A DNA stretch of 63,749 nucleotides, counting the filler, from Stramenopiles sp. TOSAG23-3 (taxonomy: Eukaryota): NCBI GenBank assembly GCA_900128585.1. It is 3 parts of 3 records of this genome, joined end to end, with 100 filler letters (N's around TTAATTAATTAA, not from the genome) between each part and the next. Parts side by side here need not be neighbours in the genome. Positions count along the whole stretch, not along the records: positions 21,413 to 42,572 come from LT642361.1; 2 more parts are not named here. One strand, given 5' to 3'. The notes beneath the pieces were generated by a model, which did not search any database, was not told the DNA's origin, and was given only the letters and a program-made list of their open reading frames with translations. Position 1 is the first letter of the stretch. Each line of letters opens with the position of its first letter. Both the position numbers and the translations under genes were made by a program. This document shows positions 21,457-33,616 of the stretch, one piece after another.

Positions 21457-22355
21457 GTAATTCGCGCGACGGTCCCTTACAAGCCCATCGACAGAAAGCC
21501 TTTCAACTGTCTCTAGGTTATGCGCAAAAACATCAAGGCCACTGCGTGCAACGGTCCCAATGTCATCTTGGCTCCCACTAAAGTCGGGAGTCAACGCTTC
21601 CACCAGCAAATCTGGGCATGCCTCTTTCAGAAAAGAAACAGTCCGCGCAAAGTGGTTGGACCCCTGATCAGGCAGATCATCCCTGTCTACGCTGGTGAGA
21701 ACGATATAATCCAGCCCCCAGCTACTAATTGCGGCGGCAACCTTTTCAGGTTCCTCCGGGTCCAAAGGAGGGGGAGCGCGAGATGTTTTTACGGCACAAA
21801 AACGGCAACCCCTGGTACAAGTATCGCCCATTATCATGATGGTCGCGGTAGGAGCACTACCACCCCAACACTCACCTGGCGGAATGGACGAAGATTGTAA
21901 AAGTCAGACATGTTTGGGGTTGTTAAAGGGGTGAATTGGGGCTTCTACTTACCAATGTTTGGGCACTTTGCCTCTTCGCACACTGTTGCTATATTTAGAC
22001 TCTTCACAGTCTTCTTCAGGCGCATGTAATCTGAATCGGGGCTATCGTCAAATTCTGGAGCCTTTAGCCACGCCGGCTTGCGCAACTTCTTTTTCTTCTT
22101 CTTGTTGGTATTGTTGGTACGTTTGCGTACTTCGTTTGTGTTTCCTAGTATGAAATCATCGAGGTCTGCATCGTCAATTTGTTTCAACTCGTCCTGGAAC
22201 TTTTTAAATCGTTCCGACCGTTGGTGACTGTCTGCTTTCTCGGACAGAGCCGAGTTCGCAAAAGTCGCCCTCATACTACCAGGCAAAAACCTTCTAACGC
22301 CGAGAGACCGGCCAAGACCTGCGGGCCGGGCTACACTCCATTGCAGTGGGAGCAT
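21457..22355 (-). CDS. lipA: mitochondrial lipoyl synthase, partial (intron 21876-21952; second intron from 21456 runs off the contig)
   Basis: [41 protein letters not shown]...CTGAC...CAG intron; presequence-like N-terminus. Confidence 0.95.
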
Positions 22356-23063
22356 TGGGGGATGTTTGGGTGTGTTGAATACAAGATAAAGCCGCTTTAA
22401 TTTTCTAGAAAGCTGGAGTGTGCTGCTTATCTTTGCCATTTCTCTTTTGGTAGTACTCTGCTCTTTCATTTCTTTCCGCAGGAATGGATTGTAATGCTAA
22501 ATGTAAATAATATTAAAAATCGATCGTTAATATATAATAAACTTCTTCTTATTATTATTATTATTATATTATTATTTATTTTTTTTATAAAAAAAAAAAA
22601 AAGGAAGAATGATGAAGAAGAAGAAGAGAAGAATAGTAGTAGATTGTAAGATAGTGTAGTAGTACCGTAGTGTATTTTAAAATCATCTATTATTATTATA
22701 ATATTTTATTTATTATAATACTATTACTATATAATACTACCACAACAACCGAATCAGAAAACGACCAGTGTGAACAATACGATATTATTAAATTCATCGA
22801 ACTATTATACTGAGTGGTGTAGTGTAGCTGGATTGAAATATTATTATTTGTACCCTATTATTATTATTTATTAGACCAACCAACTACAATAAACGAGGGA
22901 GAAAAAAAGACGAGTGCAAACTCTTTTCTTCTCGCACCAAATTTATAGTTGAACAGTTTACGTATTGCAAATCTGTGCCAAGGACAATTCTTTTGTTTTT
23001 TCTCCCGTATTTGCCGTAGGTTCACTAGTACGAAACTAACAAAATCAGCTTTCACAAAGTGGA

Positions 23064-23534
23064 ATGGCGGCCGTTACGGGTTTTGGCATGATGGCCACTG
23101 GCAGCGACGAACAAGTTGATGACGAGTTTGATAATATTTGGGTGGCTTCTACCGACGGGGATATTGGCAAGGTGCGTCAATTTTTAGATGGCGGCATGGA
23201 TGTAAATGTACAAGATGAGCACGGTAACTCCCCGATACACTCTGCGGCTTCCTACTCACAGTTGGAATTGTTGGAATTTTTGATTGAGCGTGGTGCCGAC
23301 GTAAATTTACGTGACAGTGACAACGAAACGCCCATTATGCTCACTGAAGACAAGCAAACATTTGAATTGCTAGAACGTCACGGTGGTAATCCAGCGGACA
23401 TGACAAATGATAAAGCGATTAGTTTAGCGGCTGATGGAAACGAGGAAATGGTAACGTACCTTTACGGGCGCAAATTGATCCCTTTAAATTTCAAAATGAT
23501 GTCTGTTGCCAGCGACCATGTAGAAGGGCCATAA
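23064..23534 (+). CDS. small ankyrin repeat protein
   Basis: NIWVASTDGD, GNSPIHSAASY, ETPI repeats. Confidence 0.9.
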   Translation: MAAVTGFGMMATGSDEQVDDEFDNIWVASTDGDIGKVRQFLDGGMDVNVQDEHGNSPIHSAASYSQLELLEFLIERGADVNLRDSDNETPIMLTEDKQTFELLERHGGNPADMTNDKAISLAADGNEEMVTYLYGRKLIPLNFKMMSVASDHVEGP

Positions 23535-23739
23535 ATTTAGGTGTTAGAGGTACGTTTTGAACAGTCTTTTTTTTCGAAAGAGTAAGAGGACTCTAGGAAG
23601 AATTCTTTGAACACTGAACCGGCATTAAATTCTACGAGATACCTATACAATATCTTTATATTAACTGTGTGTTTTCTTTTTTTAATTCAGTTGTGTAAAA
23701 AGTCTTAATGATGATAAATACCTTTTTAACGTTATTTTT

Positions 23740-24185
23740 ATGAAGGAATGGAAGCCTCTAATGGACAAATGCTGAGTACATTCATGTTCGCGGTATGATG
23801 AGGAAAGCTAAATTTTAAATATCATAACACAGACAATTTTTGTTTTTAATTATTTTTTTAATTTAACCTTGGCTTGAGTGGTTTTATTACCAAATTGAAA
23901 CATTTATGATGATAAGATACTAAATATTTTTAGATCAACTGAATTTATGTTTAATCGTACAACGAGCCCCTTTAAAACATTTATGCCGCTGTGTACTTTT
24001 AAGACCAATCAATTGGAATCTTGACCAGAACTTGGGGTTCTTTTTTCTTTAATTTTAATTACTATAAAATAACAGCCAATTTTTCTTGTTTTTGTTTAAT
24101 CGTACAGTTTTTGTTTTTTATTTACAAGCCAGTACATTAATTTTAATTATCATATCATACGTAAATAACAGCCAATTTTCTTGTT
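23740..24185 (-). repeat. cluster of dispersed-family segments: body end plus three co-oriented dyad motifs
   Basis: 23740-23818 is similar to 53448-53524; motifs at 23824-23847 (degenerate), 24066-24092 and 24163-24185. Confidence 0.85.
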
Positions 24186-24225
24186 CTTTTTATTTACAGG
24201 CACTCTCTCTGTCTCTCTCTTTGCG

Positions 24226-27200
24226 TTACATATCCAACTGCAACACCAGCGCGACGCCAAGTTGCTGCGCGTTGATTCCAGGCGGGCATTTTAGCTGGTA
24301 GGGCATCACAAAATTAGTGCTATGCCCCGTCGTACTTAACGTACCCCACCGCAAGGATGTTTTGTAGCATGGGCATGTGTAAGTCTCTTCCAACCGCCCC
24401 GTAGCCTCGGCGGCGATATCATATGGTAGCAAATGGACCACGGGCATTTCACTATAAATTTCTCCAGGCCTACTATGCCGGATTTCTCCCTTTTCTGCGT
24501 CGAACCCTGCCCCGTTTAAATACAAACCGTGGACGTATACGCCCGTGTTTGGAGGAACACCTTGCAGGGCTTCGTTTTCAGTTTTAGATGTCGCAAACGT
24601 TTGCTTCACACTGCTGACAAAACCTTGTGGGAAGAAGAATGAACTGAGCCAAAACGAGGAGGGTGGTGCCTGTTTCAACCAAACCTCAAACGATTTTATT
24701 CTTGAGAAGTAATCTTGCATCCATCCATCAAATGGCTTAAGAGAAGGGTAGGCAACCGCAGCCCAAAGCGCTGGGACTTGCTGCACTCTCATACTACGTT
24801 CCATATTTTCAATGCCTTCCGACATAACAACCAACCCTTTCAGGGCCTTTAACAGCTCTTCCAAAGTAAACTTAATAGTTCTTGTCAATTTGTTGAAACG
24901 AATCAATTCGTTTTTCAAGCATACCCCAATTGCATTTACACCTCCCTGGTCATCCTTTTCAAACGTATCTGGGCCGGCGTCAGCTTCTTCCAAACCTTCC
25001 AGGTTGCTCAGAATGCGCAAACTGATTTTTGTAACGTTGCCATCATCCGCCTGGCTACTGTCACCGGAAGTACCACCACTCTGTGACTGCAAAATCGTTT
25101 CCATAAACACTCTATTTTCTTTTCTTTGGAATGAAATGTTTGCATTCGCGTGCAAACCAAAAACAGCAGGATCATCGAACAGGGGAAGCTGCGACACGTG
25201 CGTGGAAAAGTCCTCCAAGGTGGCAAGATTCGCCGGTGCCGTGTGCACATGTCCACCACCACTTGTAAATTCGTAGCCGTCAGCCATAGCATTTGGCGTA
25301 ATAAACGCCGCCAAGATACTTTCCAGCGTTGGATTGTCCTGTGCATCCGTTACTCGACCTCCGTACGTCACCGCTCCTACCATTGTGCTAAGGGCTGGAA
25401 ACGGCACCGCCGCGACTGCTGCAGCTTCCGTTTCCATTTCAGCAGCACTTTCGCAATAAATACCACACATTAATAAGGCGGTTTTCAAATCACTAGCCAT
25501 CCACTCGTATGGTTTGTTCCAACCTAATCCCCCAAACTTGCACCGTTCCAATGCTAGCGCGATATCCGCCTTTGGTTATCCAATCGTCGCGATTCCCAGG
25601 ATTTTCCGTTGGAAATCCCGCTGTAGCCAAGACAGTTTTGTCGTAAAGCGTTTTGCGCATCATTGATTCTACCTGCAAAAGCCATTTTTCTACGCTACCT
25701 GTTGCCATAACCGCTTCCGACCAGTTGACGATTTCGCCATCAGCACTGTGCATGCCTGTCATTTGCCACATGATCGTCCGCAACCCCGCGTCGTCGTCCG
25801 CGTCGGAATCATCGCTTACAAAATTTAAACTCGCAATGCAATCAAAGCATTTTCTCATATGTGGTTGTACCGCTCTGGGCTCCCGTGTTTGGGCGAGTAT
25901 TTCCAACAGTTCGTCGTTCGAAAGAAAATAAAATCTTGGAAAAGCTTCTCGCTTCAACTGCAAATAATCTTCTAATCCTCGCTGCACTTCTTCCAGTATT
26001 TTGTTACAACTTTGGAAAGAAGTCAATAGCTTGTCTGAAGCACCGAACTTATCTGGACCAACGCATGTCATCGCAATTGGGTCCAGAGAGACGGACCTCA
26101 TTGTGGAATTCCATTCCGCATCGACAGAAATAAATTTGTTGGCTTCTTCCGGCAGTTGATTACGTATATCTTCCCCACTAAAAATATTCTCCAGGTACAT
26201 CCAATTTCGCTGTACCTGCATCCACTCATCAAGCGTATCCGACAACAACGACAGTCGATATTGCCACTGCTCAACGTCATTTTGAATCATGCTGACATTG
26301 CGCGAGGAAAGCATGGTTTGAAGGGCCACTTGGTCATCTTCCATTTGCGTTAAGAACTCTTCCAAATCCCCTAGTATATATTTGTTGTCAGCATTTCGAT
26401 AAGACTGCAAAGGCAAAGCATAAGTTTGCCACACCTCTTCGATCTTGCTTAAGCCTTCAAGTAAGCGAGATTGCCCAGTGGCAAGCGCCGACATGTCAGA
26501 AATTATGTTCTTAAAATCAAAAATATCATGCTCAACTAACTTCTCCAATGTAATGCCCCCTTCATTTATAACGTCAAAATCGACATCCATAGCCTCAAAT
26601 ATTTTGCGTTTGTGTTCCGGTTGCATCGACGGGTTTCCAAATTCAATTACAGTTGGTACATCTGCGCGAAACATTTTTACACGGTCAACAAACTGTTTGG
26701 TTACATTGTCGGAAAATTTCTTGTTCAATCTATGTGCTGTTTGAAAGTATTCCTCGACTTTCTGCCCTAAGTCGTTGACGTCCACGGTTTCAAATGGGCT
26801 TTGCATCCATGTAGTCATGCAGTGTTCGTATGTATATTGACTATTCCACAGTAGATATTTGCTATCGTAGTAAGCTTGACACGATTTTAATGTCTCAAAC
26901 TCATACGCCACGCCTACGCCGAAGAGCTCTTGGTACTCTTTGTACCGATCCGCAGATTTGGTAGACGTCTCCAGTTTCCGCTTCACATTGTCAAGCAGCC
27001 CCAAAACAGTTCCAATCTCTGCGTTTTCATTCACAAATTCACCATGGGTTAAACTCTCTTGCAAATTTGCTAAGTTTTCGTCCATTCTAATAATTTGGAC
27101 ATCTAGCTGTTGCTTTTGCTCGGGCAAATTGGCCTCAATGAATTGGCTAAGTTCTCCCATTTCGCGAGCATGTAAACTCTGGGCAGATCGCATGTCTTCC

Positions 27201-29336
27201 ACTTCAACCATCATTGTAGAGTCAATTCTAACATCTAACTGGTTCAAAAGCCGTATCATTTCATCAACGCTAGCCGTTTGCTGGTTATTTGAAACAAGGT
27301 TTTTGGACGAATTTTTGTAATTTCTAACCACGTCGGCAAACTTGTCCAGGTGCGCAGGCCGCGCTTCGAGCAACGCATACTCTTTTTGAAATATTTTGGT
27401 AATATTCAAGCACTGATCTCGTGCCATCTTCTTCAATAAGTCTTTCATGTCATTCATGATGCCTGTGATTGTCGGCATCAGTTTTGTCTTCAAGTCCCTC
27501 GTTTCGACAATCACAATGCCAATTTTATTGGTAATTCGCATGCGATTAAGCATTTTCTCCATTTCTCGAGTTTTCCTAATTCCGCCTTTCACTTTAGTCA
27601 TATCCCTTGCCTCTTTCTTGTAGTCATCAAAGTTCCACAGTTTAATATAATCTACAATGGGGCGTATAGTGTGAAATGCACGAGCATACTCTCGCACCGC
27701 CATGAAATCCAACCCTACTTTGTCAATTATCTGCTTTAATGAAGACTGGAACGGTTTGCTTGAGCGAACAATCTTTTCCACATCAGGGCGATCGGATAAA
27801 AGTGCGCGCATTTTACGGCGTAACACTGGCAAATGAACGTCACACAACCGAGATACTTTGTGTGCTGTGATGAACGTTTGCTCGCCTAGCACTTCCATCC
27901 CTTCTTTTATGACATGTTCATTGGGCTGAAATGCAACTTCCAAACTACGCGTGAACTTCACCGACGTTTCGAACGTTATGCGAGCCCCCCCAGGGGCTGT
28001 AGGCCAGCGTTTCGCATTGCATGTAATCCAGATATCTGATGTACATTGGTAACATTTCCTTCTCTTGCTCCGCAATTTTTAGCGCTTCCAAGCGTTTGAA
28101 GTGCTGTTCTTTTTGGGTAACAAGCGGCAACCGCCTTGCGTCTTCCGAAAAATAACCTTGCGCTTCCTTTTCAACTTCTTCGCCAGCTCGTTGCGCGACG
28201 TCAACCACCGACTTACACGTATTTTCGACCATTTCATGCATTTGTTCGACAATTATATTTAGCGCATCTCGCGTTTCGTTTCGATTCTTTGATTGGTAAT
28301 GTAGAAATGCGTCTATCCCAGACAACTTTTTTATCATCGCAGATACAAATTGTGTTGCTATGAAACACCTGCGATTCATGTCCTCGAGTTTGCTGTTAAT
28401 GTCAATGGTCGTGATAATAAAAGCAGGTTTAGCCATGAAAAGCCTGTTTGCCACTGCCATCCGCTTCTTTGCGTATAAGCGAAATTGCACGTTTTTCTTC
28501 CACACCCCGAACAACTTTGTGAGCCTAAAGTTTTTATAAAAGGCAATGTTTCCAAGCAGCTTGAAAATCGTTGATTCCCTCATCCATTTCTCAAGGGGGA
28601 TGAACACGGATGGTTCCCCAGGAACAACATTGACGAGGCCTTTCGATGTCATTGTAAACAATTCATTGTTTTCGAGTTCGTACGGTATGGGAGGAAACTC
28701 CAAGTCGCTCTCCGCAATTGGCCCCACCATTACGACATTCAAATCGTACGGTCGCAATTTTACGTTTGTTAACGCGCCCTCTGGTCGACTCAGAAACACA
28801 AATTTAATTGGACACTCGTGGCCATATCGTGCAAAGAACGCCATGGCGTCTGCGCCTGTCTCTAGGTCAAGAATTTCTTCCACCCACGGGTTTGATTCGA
28901 CATTCGCGTTCACTTGGGTGGGGGCAGGGCGGTGTGGCGCTCTCGGTTCGTCCTCCTTTGCGTTTTTCTCTTTTTCCCGTACCTTCAACTTTCGTCGTGC
29001 AGATACCATCCGTTTTGTTTTATATACACGGGGGCTGGTTATCCATTGCCCCTCCATCGCCCGCGGTCCATTGTGCTCGGACGTTGCACCTGGGGTAACT
29101 GTGGAAACGAGCTCATCCAAACGAAGGGTCATACTGTCAATTTCGAACGTACGGTCGCTTTTGTATTCATATATCGATGTTGGCGCAGCAACATTATCGG
29201 GTTTGTTTTTCCCGCGCTCCAACGCTTTCAATAGCCTAGAGCGGCGGGACGCCCTTAGGCCATTGGTCGCAGAAACGCCTCGGGGAGGGACCGGCTTCAA
29301 TGGTGGGACCGTCGCTTTGTTTGGAACCCAACTCAT
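24226..29336 (-). pseudogene. axonemal inner-arm-type dynein heavy chain with two frameshifts and the motor ring deleted
   Basis: Tail and linker (WMYLENIF, FPRFYFLSNDELLEIL, VEKWL) are joined out of frame near 25560 to ERCKFGGLGWNKPYE/YGGRVTD and the C-terminal domain; second frameshift near 28000. Confidence 0.9.
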
Positions 29337-30342
29337 GTTTGTTTTTGGGGAAGCTGAAAATTTTGGAGGGAGTGCAAACTTGTACTTGATTGACTCGCTT
29401 AAACCCTGAATCGGTTCGTTTAAGTAATCGTTGAATTTTCTGATAGATACCGATCTAAATTACTGAACATAATTAAATTGTTGGGTGGATGATTACGCCT
29501 TACTTCATATTTTTAATTATTATTATTACGAATAATTATTAATTTTAAAAATTATAGTTGGAGCAGCATCATTAGATGGGGGGGAGGAAAGCAACAAAGA
29601 ACAACAACAACAAACAAACAAAAAATTAAAAAAAGTGGCAGTTATTTAAATTTTCAACGACAAATGGGTTGCGAAACATAAATTAAGGGTCCATGAATAA
29701 TATTTGTAATTGCATTGCATATAATTAAAGGTATGATATTTTACAATTTAATCATCTATCTATATATATAAAAATAATTACCTTATTCACCTTAATTGTT
29801 TTTCAACGAGATACACTTTTTCAATAAGAAAGACAGAAGACGAGAAAGAAAGATACAAAATAAGACCACATATCTAGACTGTACATAAAATATATATAAG
29901 TAACGGAGGATAGAGGTGTAACGAATTATGAAAAAATAAATTACAAGTCACATCATCATCACAGCAATAGAATTTATTTTTTCTGAATACTGAATACTTA
30001 AGAATACAATTTAAATTGGTATACACTTCATATATTCTATATTCACTGTGGCACTACAAGACTACAAGGTAGACTAACAAGCAGGAAGACTAGTTCACTC
30101 TTTAAAAAAAAAAAGAGAACCAAGTAAGAACGACACAAGGCAAAAAGCACAAGGCAATAAATTATAAAAAAAAGAGGATGATAATAGAAAAGGTTTCCTG
30201 TGAATAATATTATTTTGGACAATAAAATAAAATATTTTTAAATTATTTAGAAAACAAATTATATATATTTGCATATGTTAGTTAAAACAACACGCATGAA
30301 TATTCTCCTGCTCTATGATTCTCGTTTTAATTTTCTTCCTGA

Positions 30343-32349
30343 TTAAGTCTTAAGACTATGACATATGTATCTTTTATTTACTCGACGAAACAGATCGTGC
30401 ACCCCAGTCCAAACGAAAAATATATTACCAAATGCACAATAAGTGGACATCACAAGTAATGGTAAAAACGGCATTTTTGTCTGAATCCATCGTGGGTGAA
30501 ACTGGTAGAACAAATATACAAAGACCAGCCCAACCAAAAAACATTTTTCCGGCGTAGAAAATACTATTCCGCTCTGTTTGATGCGCATTTTACTGCTTTC
30601 TGTTCTGTGGTAGCTGTCCAGCGCTAAATATGCCCCGGCAATGTGGGCGCAAAATGCAAACAGTTGCAGTGGGGCTTCTCTCGCTTCATATAGCAAGGGG
30701 AAGAGGGAAAGGTGACCAATCGAGGACATGATCAAGTAGATTCGCGCGTCGTACACGGAGTCGCAGGCCAACAACGACATGGGCAAAATTGCGATCAGGA
30801 TGGCTTTCTCATGCACGTGGTAACCAAGCATGAAGCTGCACAACTGGGCATACACAACTGCATGAACAAATGCTTTCGGGTGCGGACTCTTCCAAAGTTT
30901 CCACAACACCGGAACCATGGATGCCAACGTCAGCACCATGCATACCCCACCACTTATGTTTGGCAAAATCCGGTGCCCCGACACAACTCCGACTTGTCCA
31001 CTTGTTGTGGAGGGCAAATCCGCGTCTATTCTGTTTATGTTTGCCAGCAAACCTCTGCCCCAAATGGTCGTGTTCAGTACACCCGGGAACCGCTTCAGCC
31101 CTATCAATGTCACTTTATCCAGCAGGTTGTACTCTGCCCATACGTTGGGTGCCCAGTAAGCATGCGTCAGCCCGCGCTGAAACGGGAATAAACGACCAAC
31201 AATTTGCTGAAGAGATTTGATTACCATCGCCTCCCCGCCCTCATTGAACGAAGACACCAGGATGGGGGAAAACGCTAAAATGAACACGCACAGAACAATC
31301 CCTCCGAGCTCAAAGAATGCTGTCATTTTAAACTTCCCCAATGTTTTGGGGGCCAACGATAGAGAGGGCGACCGCTCCCGGGGCTGAACCGTGCCGATAC
31401 CGTCGTAGTTCTCGTCGTCACTTCCGGGTGCACCGTCGCTGTTGCCCTCTTGCCTTGACCCCTCCTCGTCGTCGCTGTTGCCCTCTTCCTGGTCTATTTC
31501 CTCGTCCTCATCCTCCTCGTCGCCTCTGTCCCATTCGTATTTGTCCGGTATGTGTCTTCGCACGGTGCATCCGGCTTGTAAATCAAAGCAATGGTGCCTA
31601 AACAGGTACACAAAGTACACGGGCGCCATGTACAGAAAAATGTGCTTCATGCAAAGCAAGACAGCAAAGGCCAACGCTCCACGTTTGTTGGAGTCGTTCT
31701 TGATGAACGCGAGAGAGATAATAAACAGTCCAACCATTACACCATTGTATTGAAAATGGACGTGATCTACCATCAAGAGCCCTGGGTTCAAAAATGTCAA
31801 ACTTGCCACAAGGGCTGTTTTGGAATAAGTCCTGGCCGTCTCCGTCAAGCGAACTCTGGGCCACGTCTGGCTATAAAGATAAATACCGTACAGTAGCAAC
31901 AAATCGGTAAAGATAACCGTGGTTCGTTGGAACAAAACTGTCGCCTTGGAGTCGTAATTCAGGTTTTGTACGTCTAGCATTAACGGGTCGACAAAGTACG
32001 CCACTTGTGCCATGCACCATTCAAAATACGCGAAAAAGGGAGGGTAGTCGAGCGTCCACTCGCTCTCGGAAGCCTCCCCATACCAAACGTGCAGTGGCTT
32101 TGAGAAAGTTATCGCGAGCCAATTTCTATGGACTTCAAAATCCGTGCTTTTATAAGCCGGGTAAAGCAGCAGTTTAAAACAGGAACCTACTAATGCCAAA
32201 AATGTAAACACAAGGAATTGAGGATGGTAAGCTGGTGTTTGTGGTCTCCCTGGCGTGCCGGCGGAGTCGCTCAGGTTCCCCCACGAACCATGCCTCCGAA
32301 GTGGGGGCGTGGGGTCCTTGGAATCGGGAGTGTTAGGTGCCATATTCAT
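30343..32349 (-). CDS. ALG8: dolichyl-PP-Glc1Man9GlcNAc2 alpha-1,3-glucosyltransferase
   Basis: STDFEVHRNWLAIT, WTLDYPPFFAYFE, DHVHFQYNG, RLFPFQRGLTHAYWAPN, HVHEKA. Confidence 0.97.
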   Translation of the reverse strand: MNMAPNTPDSKDPTPPLRRHGSWGNLSDSAGTPGRPQTPAYHPQFLVFTFLALVGSCFKLLLYPAYKSTDFEVHRNWLAITFSKPLHVWYGEASESEWTLDYPPFFAYFEWCMAQVAYFVDPLMLDVQNLNYDSKATVLFQRTTVIFTDLLLLYGIYLYSQTWPRVRLTETARTYSKTALVASLTFLNPGLLMVDHVHFQYNGVMVGLFIISLAFIKNDSNKRGALAFAVLLCMKHIFLYMAPVYFVYLFRHHCFDLQAGCTVRRHIPDKYEWDRGDEEDEDEEIDQEEGNSDDEEGSRQEGNSDGAPGSDDENYDGIGTVQPRERSPSLSLAPKTLGKFKMTAFFELGGIVLCVFILAFSPILVSSFNEGGEAMVIKSLQQIVGRLFPFQRGLTHAYWAPNVWAEYNLLDKVTLIGLKRFPGVLNTTIWGRGLLANINRIDADLPSTTSGQVGVVSGHRILPNISGGVCMVLTLASMVPVLWKLWKSPHPKAFVHAVVYAQLCSFMLGYHVHEKAILIAILPMSLLACDSVYDARIYLIMSSIGHLSLFPLLYEAREAPLQLFAFCAHIAGAYLALDSYHRTESSKMRIKQSGIVFSTPEKCFLVGLVFVYLFYQFHPRWIQTKMPFLPLLVMSTYCAFGNIFFVWTGVHDLFRRVNKRYICHSLKT

Positions 32350-33616
32350 CCACTTCTTGCTGCAGTGCAAAACAAAAATGAGGGTCGACAGAGTATCGTC
32401 TGATCGTGTGATTTTAAAATAGCATTAGTTGAGTGTGGTTTGTTATTTTTCGTGTCAAAACGATGGTCAAACCCAAATAATAATAATAAATAATAATTAA
32501 TAATAAAAAATATATTTTTTTTTATTATTGTAATATTTTTTACAATAATAATAATAAAGAGAAGAAGAAGAAGAAGGGAATATAAGTCACAATAATAAAA
32601 GAAGAGAAAAGAAGAAGGATGAAAAAAGAAGAAGAAAAAAAAGAATAAAAAAAATAATATATTATTATTATTATTTTACAGTGCCATTATTATTATATTA
32701 CTTGTGGTATTAATATTATTATATTACATTTTTTTATATTATTAATATTTATTAATTTTTTTTTTATTTTTTAGATTTTTTTAGATAAATAATAAAAATA
32801 AAAGAAGAAAAAGGAGGATGAGATGGGATGATGATGGGATGACGGATAATATTTAAATAGGATATATATGAAGGATAGGAAAAAAGGACAATAAGTAATT
32901 AAACTTTAAAAAAAGGGGGGGTCATCCACCATCCACATCCACATCCAATCCACATCCATCATCAATCTATCTAGCACAACTAACTCATTTGCTATTCCAT
33001 ATATATTATAGAATGATAATAGACATAGCATGGAATTGTGGCATTAGCAACAGTAAGCCTATCTAAAGCAACTGAACTAAACAAAAAAGAAAAAGAAGGA
33101 GAAGAGAGGCTTAACTAAATCTAATGCTCTGATACTATTATATTATATTTCCCATGCTCTGATTATGTATAATAAATAACTTCAATTAATTAGATTGCCC
33201 TATCACCTATGACCCTACTTAATTAGTAATCTTCTGTATATTTTGTTTACACAGTATTGTTAACGTATACTATTATTTTAATAAGTATATTACATGTCCC
33301 TATATGTGAATGATTTCTTTTTTTACCTCCTCCTCCTCCTCGAATATATATTTGATATAATAATAATATTATTTTATTAAAAAACGTTTTATTGTTAGTT
33401 TTTCGCATAATCGCATTGCTTTGAAGGAAGAACGAAAGAAAGGTAGAAACAAAGACGAGGAAAAAGAAAGAGAGAGAAGAAGGATAAGATCAACAGAGAG
33501 GAATAGGAAGGTTTTCATGTTTACAATCAAGCAATCATCGAGTGTGCTATTGAACTATTTGGTGAGTACCGCGGGCGACAGACCGTTTTCAGAACTTTTC
33601 TTTTGAGAGTGGCGCC

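Noticed and set aside
27945-28075. Intron or programmed frameshift explaining the dynein frame break
   Set aside because: No suitable GT-AG intron, and sequence seems to be missing rather than added relative to dynein homologues.
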